63,237 nucleotides of DNA, filler included, from Octopus bimaculoides (GCF_001194135.2; 13 parts of 12 records of this genome joined end to end with filler, not necessarily neighbours in it), one strand, 5' to 3'. Shown: positions 50,905 through 62,682, numbered from the whole stretch's first letter. A program made the numbers and translations. The notes: generated from the sequence alone by a model not told the origin.

Positions 50905-52483
50905 CTCTCATACAATACTCTCATACACACACACAGAAACTTTCATATACACACATACACAGACACACACTCTGATAGACACATACACACACAGAGGCTG
51001 CCTTTATTTACTTTCTATACACATGTTTCTTGTAAGCTAAATTGGCAGCAGAAACAGTAAATTGATTTCCAAAGATCAAGTGAAGGAAAATTGCATGTGT
51101 GTGTGTGTGTGTGTGTGTGAGTGAGAGAGGAGAGAAGTGGAGAAGTCATAAGGTAAAAATGTCATTATCAAAGAATTCATTTAAAATAGACCACATCTTA
51201 CAGACATTGGCAGCAGCATTTTTTCAATGCAGGGGAGGAATCCAAGCTAATACTCTGGAATCATTTACTGGTGAGTGATTAGTGGAAAGAAAGGTTATGA
51301 TTTCAAACTCCAACGCTGTTTGGTCTTCAAAGCCCAAGTATTCACATGATACAACTCTACTGAGACAATGGAAAGCTGTGTGATTGCAGAGAGATACCAG
51401 TGCTACAGCCTGTCATGTTCCATCTGGAATAAGACGATTGGACATTGCTGTTTGAATGCTAGTAATTTGGTGCAACTGACTGGTCATAGAATCTTGTTTT
51501 GACAACAGTACTTTTTGACACCAGAAATATAGTAATACAGATAGATAGACAGACAGACAGATAGATAGATAGATAGAAACATACATAGACAGATAGATAA
51601 AGAGAGAGATTACGGTTTATTAATTGAACATGCTGGATATAAATACTTATCCTCTCATCATACACATAATGAGAAATATGCTCACAGATAGATAGAGAGA
51701 CAGACAGACAGACCAGCAGAGAGAGAAAAAAGAGAGAGTGTGAAAGACTGAAGGAGAGAGAGAAAGAGAAAGAGGGAGAGATTATAACTTACAGAACACA
51801 ATTAAAATAAAAAAATTTCCTCTCCTCACACACATAAACAGAGAGGGAGAGAAAGAGAAAGAGGGAGAGATTATTACGTACAGAACACAACATAAAAACT
51901 TTTCCTCTCCTCACACACATAAACAGAGAGAGAGGAAGAGAGAGAGAGGAAGAGAGAGAGAGGAAGAGAGAGAGAGGAAGAGAGAGAGAGGAAGAGAGAG
52001 AGAGGAANNNNNNNNNNNNNNNNNNNNNNNNNNNNNNNNNNNNNNNNNNNNTTAATTAATTAANNNNNNNNNNNNNNNNNNNNNNNNNNNNNNNNNNNNN
52101 NNNNNNNTATATATATATAGATCTGTATATATGTGTGTGTGTGTGGAAGCGCTCGGTCACATGTGTGTATGCACGTGAGTGAGTTTTTGTATTCTGATTT
52201 TCCTTTCTGTTCGGAGATTTGTGAGTGTTTGTGTTGGTGGTTGGGTTTTTGCACACGTTCGTTTGCACTTATGTAACGTGTTTAGTCACGTAAAGTGGAG
52301 AACAAAAGAAAAAGCAAATGGGAAAAGGTTAGATGCAAAAGAGAAAGTTGGAAAAGAAAGGTGAAACGAAAGGAAGACGAGAGAGTTATAGAGAGAGGTC
52401 AGAAAGAATATGAAAATGAGAGAATATATTGTTGGGAGAAACAGAACGTGAGAATGTGCAAGAGAGGCGACGGTATGTATTAA

Positions 52484-52542
<59 letters not shown>

Positions 52543-53445
52543 ATATATATAACAAATAATAGAGACGGAAAATGAAATGAAAAAGAAACTTTATTGCTCA
52601 CACCGATCATTTCGACCCATACTGGGTCCTTTGCGGGAGGGATACTTTACAACTGGTTGTAGTACATTCCTCGGGGCAGAAGTGTCTAATCAGGGGTATC
52701 TCGTTAGACAAACCCTATTTTGGTTGGTTTTAAACTATTGGGCAGGAATGGCCAGAGACAGATTCCGTTGCGCTGTTACGGACAGTTGTCTACATGTCTT
52801 TTCGTAGTATATCAAAGATAAAGAATCAATAAGAATAATGCGACGAATAAGAAAAATAAAATCTACAATAAAGTACAAACTGATAGGCGTCAGCACACCC
52901 TTAGAGTTACATACGTACGCACACTTGCGGTTCTGTCAACGCATACACTCTCATATGTGCAGTTAAGTAGATGTCATTAAACACTTTGATAAACGTTTAG
53001 ACATTCTTGTTTCACGCTATGAGTCAAGGCAAATTCCCCCTGACCGAGTCAGTCATTTTTGTTGATCGTATATCTCTTCAGGCGATATCACATTAATGGA
53101 AGTATAACAGTATATAGGTACAGCTTCATGCAACACCGAAAAACTGGTTCACCGTTCACCATCATTAGAATGTGGCCAGCATAATAGAATAGGAGCTTTA
53201 CTTGCAAATTCAAAACGTTTCCCATAAACAAATTCAATATACATACATGCATAATTATAATTAAGGGTATAGAAAGAAATTTTCCAGCCTATATGTTGAA
53301 ATAGACACAATATATATCTATCTATCTATATCTATATCTATATATNNNNNNNNNNNNNNNNNNNNNNNNNNNNNNNNNNNNNNNNNNNNTTAATTAATTA
53401 ANNNNNNNNNNNNNNNNNNNNNNNNNNNNNNNNNNNNNNNNNNNN

Positions 53446-53505
<60 letters not shown>

Positions 53506-53959
53506 TACACTGCACTATATGTACATACGTTGATTACAACACTACCCTATGACCCCATCAGGAGTTCAGGGTCAACAATGCAGCGTTTGTGCAGCCGTTT
53601 GATTTGTTAAAATTAGTAGCCAAACAACCTCAAATTACGATCTACCATGGTGGAAAGCATGCGTGGTAATACAGGATCATGTAGTACTAGATACTCAATA
53701 CCCAAAAGACACGAAATGGTCACGCATGGAACGCTTTTGATAATGAGTCTGCTCCATTAGAGTTGACTTGGTGCCAAACGACCCCAACAGCAACCAGAAC
53801 AGCAACAACATCAGGATTAGAATCATGATCATGACTATGATTATCATGATGATGATGAACATCATCATCAACAACAGCAACAACAAAAACACCAGAGGGG
53901 GAGAAGAGAAAAAGAGGGAGAGGAAAATGGTCCGTCGGTTGACAAAGAAATGGTTGTTC

Positions 53960-54310
53960 TTCCTGAAAACTACTCGCCTTGAAATTCACTTTGCAACCAC
54001 ATGGTCTCGGGTTCAGTCCAACTGCGCGGCACCATAGGAAAGAGTCTTCTGCGATGTTCTCGGGCCGATTAATGCCTTGTGAGTGAATTACATAACGGAA
54101 ACTGTGTGGAAGCCTGTTATATGAGTATGTGCGTGTCTTTGTGTTTGCTTCCTCCATCGCTTGATAATCGCTGTTGGAAAACGATAGAATAAGTATAAGG
54201 CTTTTAAAAAAATGAAGTACTAGAAGGGGGTTGATTTGTTCGACTAAACCCTTCAAGACGGTGCTCCAGCACGGCCGCAGTCCAATGACTAAAACAAGTA
54301 TGAGATGAAA
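53960..54310 (+). mobile_element. SINE family A-related, decayed near full-length copy
   Basis: CAACCACATGGTCTCGGGTTCAGTCC head and GGTGCTCCAGCACGGCCGCAGTCCAATGACTAAAACAAGTA tail. Confidence 0.72.
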
Positions 54311-54563
54311 GGTGGAGAAAGAGTGCAAAGGATTTCCAAATCCTTAATGAGATTAACGACAATGAGACACAAATAGAAATAGCATGTGTGTGTGTGTGTA
54401 AGAGAGAGAGAGAGATGGAGAGAGGGAGAGAGAGAGAGAGAGAGGGAGAGAGAGAGATAGAGAGAGAGGGAGAGAGAGAGAGAGAGAAAGACTGGCACAG
54501 AGAGAGAGAGAGACCGGTAGACAGAGAGAAAGAAAGAGGAGAGACGGGCAGACAGGCAGAGAG

Positions 54564-54594
<31 letters not shown>

Positions 54595-55091
54595 CAGACA
54601 GACAGACGCACTACAGAAACACAACACAACAAAGAAAAAGGTACCTAATATCAAGGAATGTCTTAAACAATAAACGCTCGTTAAATTGTAAAGAATCAGT
54701 CGTTATAAAAACAACACTACTTTTAACATTTGACTCTGACCCTAAAATAATTTTAGATAGAAGCAAGACAAAAATCCCAAGGGAACTTCAGTCTATTCTT
54801 TTTATACCTGGCACTGATACGTTTATTTAGCCAACATGCTAAGCTATCCTTGATGCGAATACAAATGCCATGGTAGGTAAAAAAAAATAAAAAATCAAGC
54901 ATCTTTTTGTTCATGGATGATTTCAAGTTGTATATTGCTGACACAAATGACAGGAAACATTGCAATATACATTAGGCGAATTCAAATGAGGATTTGACAG
55001 AAAATTTGATTTAGAAAATTTGCCGAAGCAAACTTAACGAGGAAAAAATTAATCATCCCTCCCATCTATCATATTTTAAATGGAGAAATAA

Positions 55092-55309
55092 GGCGGCGCG
55101 CTGGCAGAATCGTTAGCTCGCTGGGCAAAATTCTTAGCGGTATTTCGTCCGTCTTTACATTCTGAGTTTAAATCCCGCCAAGTTCGACTTTGCCTTCCAT
55201 CTTTTCAGGGTCGATAAAATAAGTACCAGTTGAGCACTGGGGTCGATGTAATCGACTTATACCCTTCCCCTAAAAGCTGGCCTTGTGCCAAAATTTGAAA
55301 CCAATATTA
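55092..55309 (+). mobile_element. tRNA-derived SINE (family B), full length with TSD
   Basis: GGCGGCGCGCTGGCAGAATCGTTAG head, B-box-like GAGTTTAAATCCC; 8-bp direct repeat GAGAAATA at 55083-55090 and 55310-55317. Confidence 0.88.
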
Positions 55310-55399
55310 GAGAAATAGAGGTAAGATAATTAGACTGAAATAAAAGTTACAAATACTTAATTAATGAACTTGACAGAACGCAACACACAGATAAAAGGC

Positions 55400-55950
55400 A
55401 ACTTTTGCGCAAGAATATTTTAGACGCATTAAATTAATTCTTAATACACAGCTAAATAGTTAAGAATAATGCACAATACTCTGGATGTCCCAGTAATACG
55501 TTTATAGCATTAACATTCTCAACTGGAATCTAAGTGAGTTAGAAAGACTTGATTGTAAAAACCAAAGATAACAAAAACATCTCTGAAAAGCCAACACAAA
55601 AGATCATATTTACCGCGAAAACAAGCAGAGATCTGCTGCAAATTGAAGACAAAAAAACTATTTTCTGACTTCAAGGAAGCCACAAAATATAAAACGGAGG
55701 CGGACAGGATAATGGAAAAACAACAGAAATGTGTAAGAATAAATAAACATACGCAAAACGAACTTTTAAATGGGATTACAGTGTGTCAAATCAAGAAGAT
55801 GTCAAGAAAAACCTCTGCATGACATACCTGATAATATCGGAGCAAAGCGTTAAGAAGATAAAGTAAAACTCAGCACCGGCTGGGAAGTACAAGACTGAAA
55901 GTTGAAACCGAAGGGTTTTTGATCGCAACAGATCAAATAGATTAAAACAG
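55400..55950 (+). mobile_element. R4/Dong-type retrotransposon, highly decayed post-RT fragment
   Basis: NTLDVPVIR.SINILNWNLSELERLDCKTK and RLKVETEGFLIA motifs. Confidence 0.65.
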
Positions 55951-56350
55951 GCAACTCGAGTGATTTATTTTTATTTTGTTTTAACAGCACGTTTAAAATA
56001 TAATTTAATCTACATAACAGTTATCTCTTTTTCTGTAGACTTACACCACGAACGAGATATGTACTAAAATACCTTATGTTTATACATTGTGAAAGGGGTT
56101 ACGTTTGAATTGAAAACAAACCATGGAGGAGAGCAAAGAAAAAAAAAAGATAGAATGATAGCAATATTTTATAACTTTGTTATCTACGAAATTGTAAATA
56201 AGCAAAAGAACGGAACCTAGAAGTGGATTACGATGACGAATCGATGACCAATGGCGAGAGGTCAAAACTCAATCAACATAACAGACTGCAAGAAAAAAGA
56301 AAAGGCCCTGACGAATTGTAGGAAGAAATGCGACTAATTATTTAAATGTT

Positions 56351-56392
<42 letters not shown>

Positions 56393-56429
56393 ATTCAACA
56401 CACACACGCTCGCGTGAGAATACACACAG

Positions 56430-56550
56430 AAAGAGTTTTTTTTTATTGAAACTGAAATTGAAAGTTTGTCTCGCGACTCGAGTTTCACGCCATTGTGATC
56501 CTCAGGTGAGAATTGTTACAACCCAATCTTGGTGGTATTTATATAATTTG
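56430..56550 (-). mobile_element. PLE-type terminal repeat remnant: TATA, hammerhead, AATAAA
   Basis: Minus-strand order TATATAAATAC (~56546-56536), HHR 56511-56469, then CAATAAA and an A-run near 56440. Confidence 0.55.
56469..56511 (-). ncRNA. Type I hammerhead ribozyme motif (HHR family 3)
   Basis: 5'-UCUCAC CUGAGGA UCAC-AAUG-GCGU GAAA CUCGAG UC GCGAGA-3': intact core, GUC triplet, palindromic stem III ACUCGAGU. One mismatch in stem I and two in stem II. Confidence 0.62.
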
Positions 56551-56623
56551 ATGTGTGAATGGACTAATGCTTGTTCCTTGGTTAGCATTAATGTTATGTT
56601 TTCCTGGCCAACTCATTGGTTAT

Positions 56624-57466
56624 GAGTGCTAGTATAGTATGCGGTCTACTACGTTCTCAAACAGTATAACCAGGGTTATCTACCTTAAAGGTTCAGTTAA
56701 TAAAGGAAACCAATTTTTCCATTATACAGACATTAACAACATAATAAACTGCAAGCTGAGCCTGAGTGAGATTTTAGAACTAATATTTTTCTTTGTCATG
56801 GATATACCCATGATCACAGCAGTGACTCTAACAGAAACATCTAAAAGTACAATAACTGACTGGTACAATACGTGCCGCGAGGTGTGTGGAGTCATAGTTT
56901 ATCATGAACGACAAGGGAAGATGATTGGAACAAACGATAAACCCATTCAGATCGATGAAGCAAGATTTTCTGGTCGACGAAGATACAATTGAGGAAGAAT
57001 GCTGAATGGTGACAATGCACCTCTCTTCGAAGACAGTGATGCAGAACCACGAAACAACAGGAACCATTGACATAGAATTGACGGGCCGTGGGTTTTTGGT
57101 CTCAAACAAGGCTCAGACTGTCGATACTTTTGTGTGGAACGGCGTGACGGGAACAGTCTGATCCCAATTATTGAGAGAGAATGTGAAAAACGTTTAGTAA
57201 TTCATTCAGATGAGTGGCCCGCTTACAATAATTCAAATGCCACGGGTTATCACCATCTGACAGTGAAGCATCAACGACATTATGTGGATCCAGTGATCGG
57301 AGCACACACTCAGGTCACTGAGTGATCATGGTGAGATGCTAAAACTATGATTCCTAAAAAAATATGATCTCTGAAATATCTGAAGTGTTTTATCTCTGAA
57401 ATATCTGAAAGATAAGGTGGATAACCCTATTTGACACCGTGGTAGACCGCATACTATACTTGCACC
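56624..57466 (+). mobile_element. Merlin (IS1595/IS1016-related) DNA transposon, internally deleted, both TIRs and TSD present
   Basis: TSKSTITDWYNTCREVC, IQIDEARF, GPWVFG, LIPII, IHSDEWPAY, HYVDP..GAHTQVTE. TIR GTGC(T/A)AGTATAGTATGCGGTCTAC..ACG.T.TCAAA at both ends; TTGGTTAT at 56616-56623 and 57467-57474. Confidence 0.92.
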
Positions 57467-58614
57467 TTGGTTATATTATATTTTTGTGATATGGTGTTTG
57501 TATTTCTTGCAAATCTAAGTGAGAGCATGTGTTATTAATTTGTTTAAGATTTGTTTGTGAGATGGTGATGGGGCGTGTTTCGTTATCGTGTGCATGTTCG
57601 CGCGCGCGCGCGCGTGTGTGTGTGTGCGTGTGTGTTTGTGCGTGTGTGTTTGTGGTCGCGTGCGTGTAAGGTTTTAAATAAATGTTGTTTTTGAGAAAGG
57701 TTCTCTATGAAAGGGTTATAAGGGTTATATGTCCTTAATTTTTCAAATGACCTATTCATAAACATCCTTTCGCAATATTCAAAAAGTAAAAACAAAAACG
57801 GAAACACAATTACTCTCCATGTTGATTTTATATTATGGAAATGCACANNNNNNNNNNNNNNNNNNNNNNNNNNNNNNNNNNNNNNNNNNNNTTAATTAAT
57901 TAANNNNNNNNNNNNNNNNNNNNNNNNNNNNNNNNNNNNNNNNNNNNGAGCATACTGGCTTCATTCCTTGCGAGCTTACGTATGTCCTCAGCAGTTGATT
58001 GTTAATTTTTAGAATGACAAAGTAGAGTAGATGTAAGAGGCTGAGCCTGGCCAATTTGAACAAAAGAAAATAGATAAAATATTTGGGCTGGATATGGCTG
58101 GTTTGAATGCTAAAGGGTAGGGAGCCAATATACTGAATAGTAAACAAAGTTTCTCTTCCAGACCTTCATTTAACACTGATTAGGCCTCAGAAGATTGTGT
58201 ATTAGAATATGAAGACGCTACAAGTGAGAAGTATCAGCTGTCTGAAATGACCATAAGCAAGTGTGGAACATTCTGAATTTTTGGTCATTTGTGAGTAAAA
58301 TAAGCATTATGTTGTTTAAATGTCAATAGTTATATCTTATGGAATACCACAACAACACTGACAACCATATGACAATATGGTATATATTAGTATCACAATT
58401 TATAAGAACTGAATAATAGTAGTACAAATAGCTAAAACTACCAGCAACCCATTCCTCTCCCCTGGATAGACCCTATCAGTCACCAATAAATGACAAATAA
58501 GATTTAAAGTGGAAATAGTTCAAATATAGTTGAAAAAATGGTCTTTGTAAAAAATAGAAAACTTATAAACTAAAATACCCAATCTTAATTTAGTCTGAAG
58601 GAGGGAGCTGTGCT

Positions 58615-59160
58615 CATGGCCTTCACAGGTTTTCCAAGACTAGTTATATTGATACAATCAACCTGAACTATTGCTATATGATGCCTACAGGAAAGACATG
58701 TGCATGGAGAGAATACCAAGGGAATGGTGTTCTGGGGAGGAAGAACTGAGGTGTATTGGTTAGAATAGAGTTGTGAAATTGAGAACAATATGGTTGCTAA
58801 AAGGAGAGATAAGTGGAGATAATATGAAATGAGTCAGCACTGAGGAAAAGAGGCTGCTGTAATAGCAGTAAAAAAACAGTAGAGAGAGTTAATAGTATGC
58901 TTGTGGTCAAGAGGATGATGGTGACTTCAGGCCTATGGATCAGATGGCTTTCTTTGGATGCAATGAGAACAGTAAACTATTTTGAGTTTCACCTGAGCTT
59001 TGTACTGGGTTAGTAATTATTAGGGGCTGAAGTATTTATAGGGCTTTGAGAGAAAAGCTAGTCTCTCCAAAATGCAATTTTTGCTATATTAAAGTTGAGC
59101 ATATACAAGGAGATATCCTCAGTGATGATGAGGCCTATATTCGAAATTATTGTGAGGATC
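58615..59160 (-). mobile_element. L2/Crack/CR1-group LINE 3' fragment, strongly decayed
   Basis: IGLIITEDIS, YKAQVKxKIVYCSH, LYCFFYCYY and NQYTSVLPPQNT..LVFS fragments correspond to LGLxITxDLSW, LYKAQVRPxxEYCSH, LFYRYY and SFFPRTxxLWNSLP. Confidence 0.6.
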
Positions 59161-59165
59161 TAGAT

Positions 59166-59320
59166 CAGTGTTTATCAACTGAGGTCCATATGGCCCTTTG
59201 GGATTGACGTAAGATTTTGTTACTAAAGTTTAGCGCAATAAATTGGTTATACTTCTACAATACACAAAGTATTTTAACAACTATTTTTATATAATTCCTT
59301 GTTTACCAACCACATGGTCC
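59166..59320. mobile_element. hAT-type MITE terminal fragment
   Basis: CAGTGTTTATCAACTGAGGTCCATATGGCCC resembles CAGTGGTTCTCAACC hAT ends; another such end, CAGTGGTTCCCAACC, at about 62615. Confidence 0.45.
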
Positions 59321-59420
59321 NNNNNNNNNNNNNNNNNNNNNNNNNNNNNNNNNNNNNNNNNNNNTTAATTAATTAANNNNNNNNNNNNNNNNNNNNNNNN
59401 NNNNNNNNNNNNNNNNNNNN

Positions 59421-59460
<40 letters not shown>

Positions 59461-60308
59461 ATACACACACTATATAATATCTGAAACATGCATGGCTATA
59501 AAAGAAAATGTTGATTGATTTATTTATTACCGTCATCTCAAGAGATATGTGATGTTATTTCAGCAACTATAATCTCTAGGCAGCAACAATTTTTTATTAC
59601 TTATTTTTGAACTGAATTTATAAATGTTAAATTTTAAGATTTATAATTTTTTTTTATCCCCTCAAAAGCTGAAGAATTCAATTTCAAGTGAAAGGAATTG
59701 CGCACATTGATTGCATATGTAAAACTTGTTTCTTTAAAATAGAAATTACAGGAGTGAAAATAACATCTGATACACCATCACAATCTCCTGTTCAATATAT
59801 GTGTATATATACATATGTGTATTTACACACATTCACACACACATACACATATTCATATACATATAAAGACACAATATAGCAAAGTACACCAACATATACG
59901 CAAACAGTCCCTGGCTTTGATGAAGATTAAAATGTTAACTTCCTTGGATATACAATACAGATAATTAAATAATGATTGGTGAACTCTGATGAAATATCTG
60001 ATGAAATTATGTTAAAAAATGAATAATATTTTATAAGTTGAAAGATGATGAAATTAGTATTATAAATGCCTTTGGTATCTGATGAAGGTTAGCGTTTTAT
60101 AATGCCCTTAAAATCTGATGGACGTTAGTGTATTATAAAATGCCTTGATACCCGATGATATTATTGCATTATAGATAACCCTTATTAAGTGGGAAGCAGA
60201 AATGTCTTAAGAATATCTTTAAAATCAATAGAAATTAAAAGATTCAACTTAGAACAGAGGTTACCAATTAAGTTGGGGACTGTGTGTGTATGTGCTTGTG
60301 TCTGTCTG

Positions 60309-60348
<40 letters not shown>

Positions 60349-60435
60349 TATAGGCATAAGAATTTCGAAAGGGAGAGAATTGTGCAAGAAAAATCTACCC
60401 CTTTCCCTTCAAACCTGGCTGACCATTGGTTCTGG

Positions 60436-60609
60436 CTAGGGATTGGGTAAAGGGATTGGCATTGGTGGTGGTGGTGGCGGCGGAGGTGGTGGAGTTGGTG
60501 GTGGTGTTGTTGATATTGGTGGTGGTGGTGGTGGTGATGGTGACGGCACAACTTCACATATAACTGGCAGCAAAGGGTCCCAGTGCTTTTCGGTCTGCAT
60601 CGTTGTGTA
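60436..60609 (-). CDS. Candidate terminal exon encoding a proline-rich tail
   Basis: Acceptor CCTGTCCTTGTATTTCAG, then YTTMQTEKHWDPLLPVICEVVPSPSPPPPPPISTTPPPTPPPPPPPPPPMPIPLPNP*, in phase with the 29-nt exon upstream. Could alternatively be degenerate (GGT)n. Confidence 0.4.
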   Translation of the reverse strand, partial: YTTMQTEKHWDPLLPVICEVVPSPSPPPPPPISTTPPPTPPPPPPPPPPMPIPLPNP

Positions 60610-60810
60610 CTGAAATACAAGGACAGGTCTTCAAAGGGAGAAGTTTAGCAGTACCGCTACTGCAACAGTAGCTGCAATTAAGGCAATAGCAGCATCAGTG
60701 ACAGCACAGCAATGATCGTTATAGAGACGTCTGAGAATAAGGTTAACACATAGATATTAGAAGTTACTATTTAACAAAAGAGCCTTTGTGACCTAAACAT
60801 TCTACCTTAC

Positions 60811-60839
60811 CAGTTTCCTTCTGATATCTAGTTTCATCT
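60811..60839 (-). CDS. Candidate 29-nt micro-exon
   Basis: T-rich tract plus TTAG acceptor, AGATGAAACTAGATATCAGAAGGAAACTG (xMKLDIRRKL), donor CTG/GTAAGG. Downstream acceptors give introns of 80 nt (60731-60810) or 201 nt (60610-60810). Confidence 0.45.
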
Positions 60840-61008
60840 CTAACACATGTTAAAAAAAATTACAACAAAATACATGAGAAAGAAAATAGTTTTTTAAAAT
60901 GTTTCCAATACTAAAATAGCGTTTAGGTATTGTCTGTGGGAAGGAAATATTGTTCAGCTAGTCAATACTTAAATTTAGCCATTTACATGTAAACTTGTTA
61001 ATGTTATG

Positions 61009-61464
61009 CTGTGTCTTGGGAAGGTCATTATGCCAATAAAAACACATGCACTGGTTCTGCTTCACTTCTTTGATTATTAATAGTCAAGTAATTAACCATT
61101 TAACCAATTAACTAACTGATTCACTGCTCAGTAAATCAATAAATCAGCTAGTTCATCAAAGATTTTATACCAACTCTTGCAGCCTCAACAATGACATGTC
61201 CTCTCTAATCCAAGTCTACTTCAGGTAGGAAAACTCAACCTCAAATCTGTAGACAAGGAGACCAACCTGGTGTATAGAGAACATATTACTGATGAGATTG
61301 CAAATGGGGATGAAAGGACTCTGATGAACCTAGCTGATTGATTGATTGACAAAACAATCAATTAGTTTGATTAAATAATTAACTAGTTGACTAATGATAA
61401 TAAAAGAAGTGTAATAGAACCAGCATGTGTTGATTATTGGTATATTGACCCTCCCAAGATACAG
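61009..61464. mobile_element. Foldback / long-TIR MITE-like element
   Basis: Arms 61009-61161 and 61319-61464 are reverse complements (roughly 75-80% by eye), e.g. CTGTGTCTTGGGAAGGTCA versus TGACCCTCCCAAGATACAG, around a 157-nt spacer. Confidence 0.8.
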
Positions 61465-61894
61465 TAAAGCCTATTTCAATGCATGATTTGACATTAAAAA
61501 TTTTGTAAACCAAAACACAAACATGAAATTATCAATATTAAAAATCTGAATAACGTTCATAATCATTAATGAAGAATGTATTCCAAACAAAAATCTAAGA
61601 TAAATTTTGGTGATTCATAGCTATGAGTCAAATACTTTCAAAGGCAAATCAAGTGAGAATAATGAGATGACCTTGTTTTCATGAATTACACAGATAACAT
61701 CGTAAATATTCCACAGATAGAATATCAGATGAATGAAAACACAAAAAGATCGGGTAAGAACAAAAATGGATGAAGAACTGTGAGTTAAATCTCAGCTATT
61801 TCTAATTAAAATAATGTCATATCTAAATATTAAGAAGTATGAAAGAAAAACACTGACTGCACACATACACAGATATACATGATCAATTTCAATG

Positions 61895-61927
<33 letters not shown>

Positions 61928-62027
61928 NNNNNNNNNNNNNNNNNNNNNNNNNNNNNNNNNNNNNNNNNNNNTTAATTAATTAANNNNNNNNNNNNNNNNN
62001 NNNNNNNNNNNNNNNNNNNNNNNNNNN

Positions 62028-62092
62028 AGTGGGACTGAACCTAGAATCATGAAGCAAAGTTCTTACCACACAACCACGCCCGGAGAAGTCGT
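62028..62092 (-). mobile_element. SINE family A head fragment
   Basis: GTGGGACTGAACC...CTTACCACACAACCACGCC is the reverse-complemented head. Confidence 0.7.
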
Positions 62093-62682
62093 GTGCTGTG
62101 GTTTGGTGTGGTGTGAGAGAGGGGTGATCAAGATTTGTGGCAAGATATGAGCTAAGATCTCTATCAAGAACAAGGTTAGTTGATATATGAGTGGTGGTGA
62201 AAGAAAAGTCGGTCGAGATAAGTAATAGGTGAAAAAGAGGACAAAGGTGGGTATAGACATTAATACAGACGCACACTAAAACCCAGTGAGTGTGTGTGTG
62301 TGTGTGTGGTGATGGTGGTGGGGTAGGAGAATGAGCAAGCTGTCAGAAATAAAGAATTACTTGGATATGAAAAAGAAAGACAAAAAAACAGAAAGCCAAG
62401 CACATAGGAGTGGTCAGAATTGTAATGACACAAGTAATTCGGAGAAGGAAAGGTAGTGTGTCGTAGTTTTTGGCAAGAGGTACGGACAGGTTGAGATAGT
62501 TGTTTTTAATTTAGGTACAAGACCAGAAGTTGTGAGAGGAGAGTGGTAGTTGAAAGCATCGACCTCCACCCCACAATACTTGATTGGTACTTCTTTTCAT
62601 GTGGGTCTCTAAAGCAGTGGTTCCCAACCAATTAACCTATGGACCCCTTTGGTTTCTATTTTCCTCGGGTAAGCCATCAAAG

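Noticed and set aside
52590-52645. GACCC-AGUAU-GGGUC-GAAA hairpin with downstream AAUAAA on the minus strand
   Set aside because: Looks like a PLE-terminal hammerhead remnant, but the core reads CCGCAAA (three changes), so it cannot be called.
60631-60633. In-frame TGA upstream of the proline-rich frame (readthrough, Sec or A-to-I stop loss)
   Set aside because: That frame cannot be entered from the micro-exon, and the acceptor at 60610 explains the Pro-rich frame more simply.
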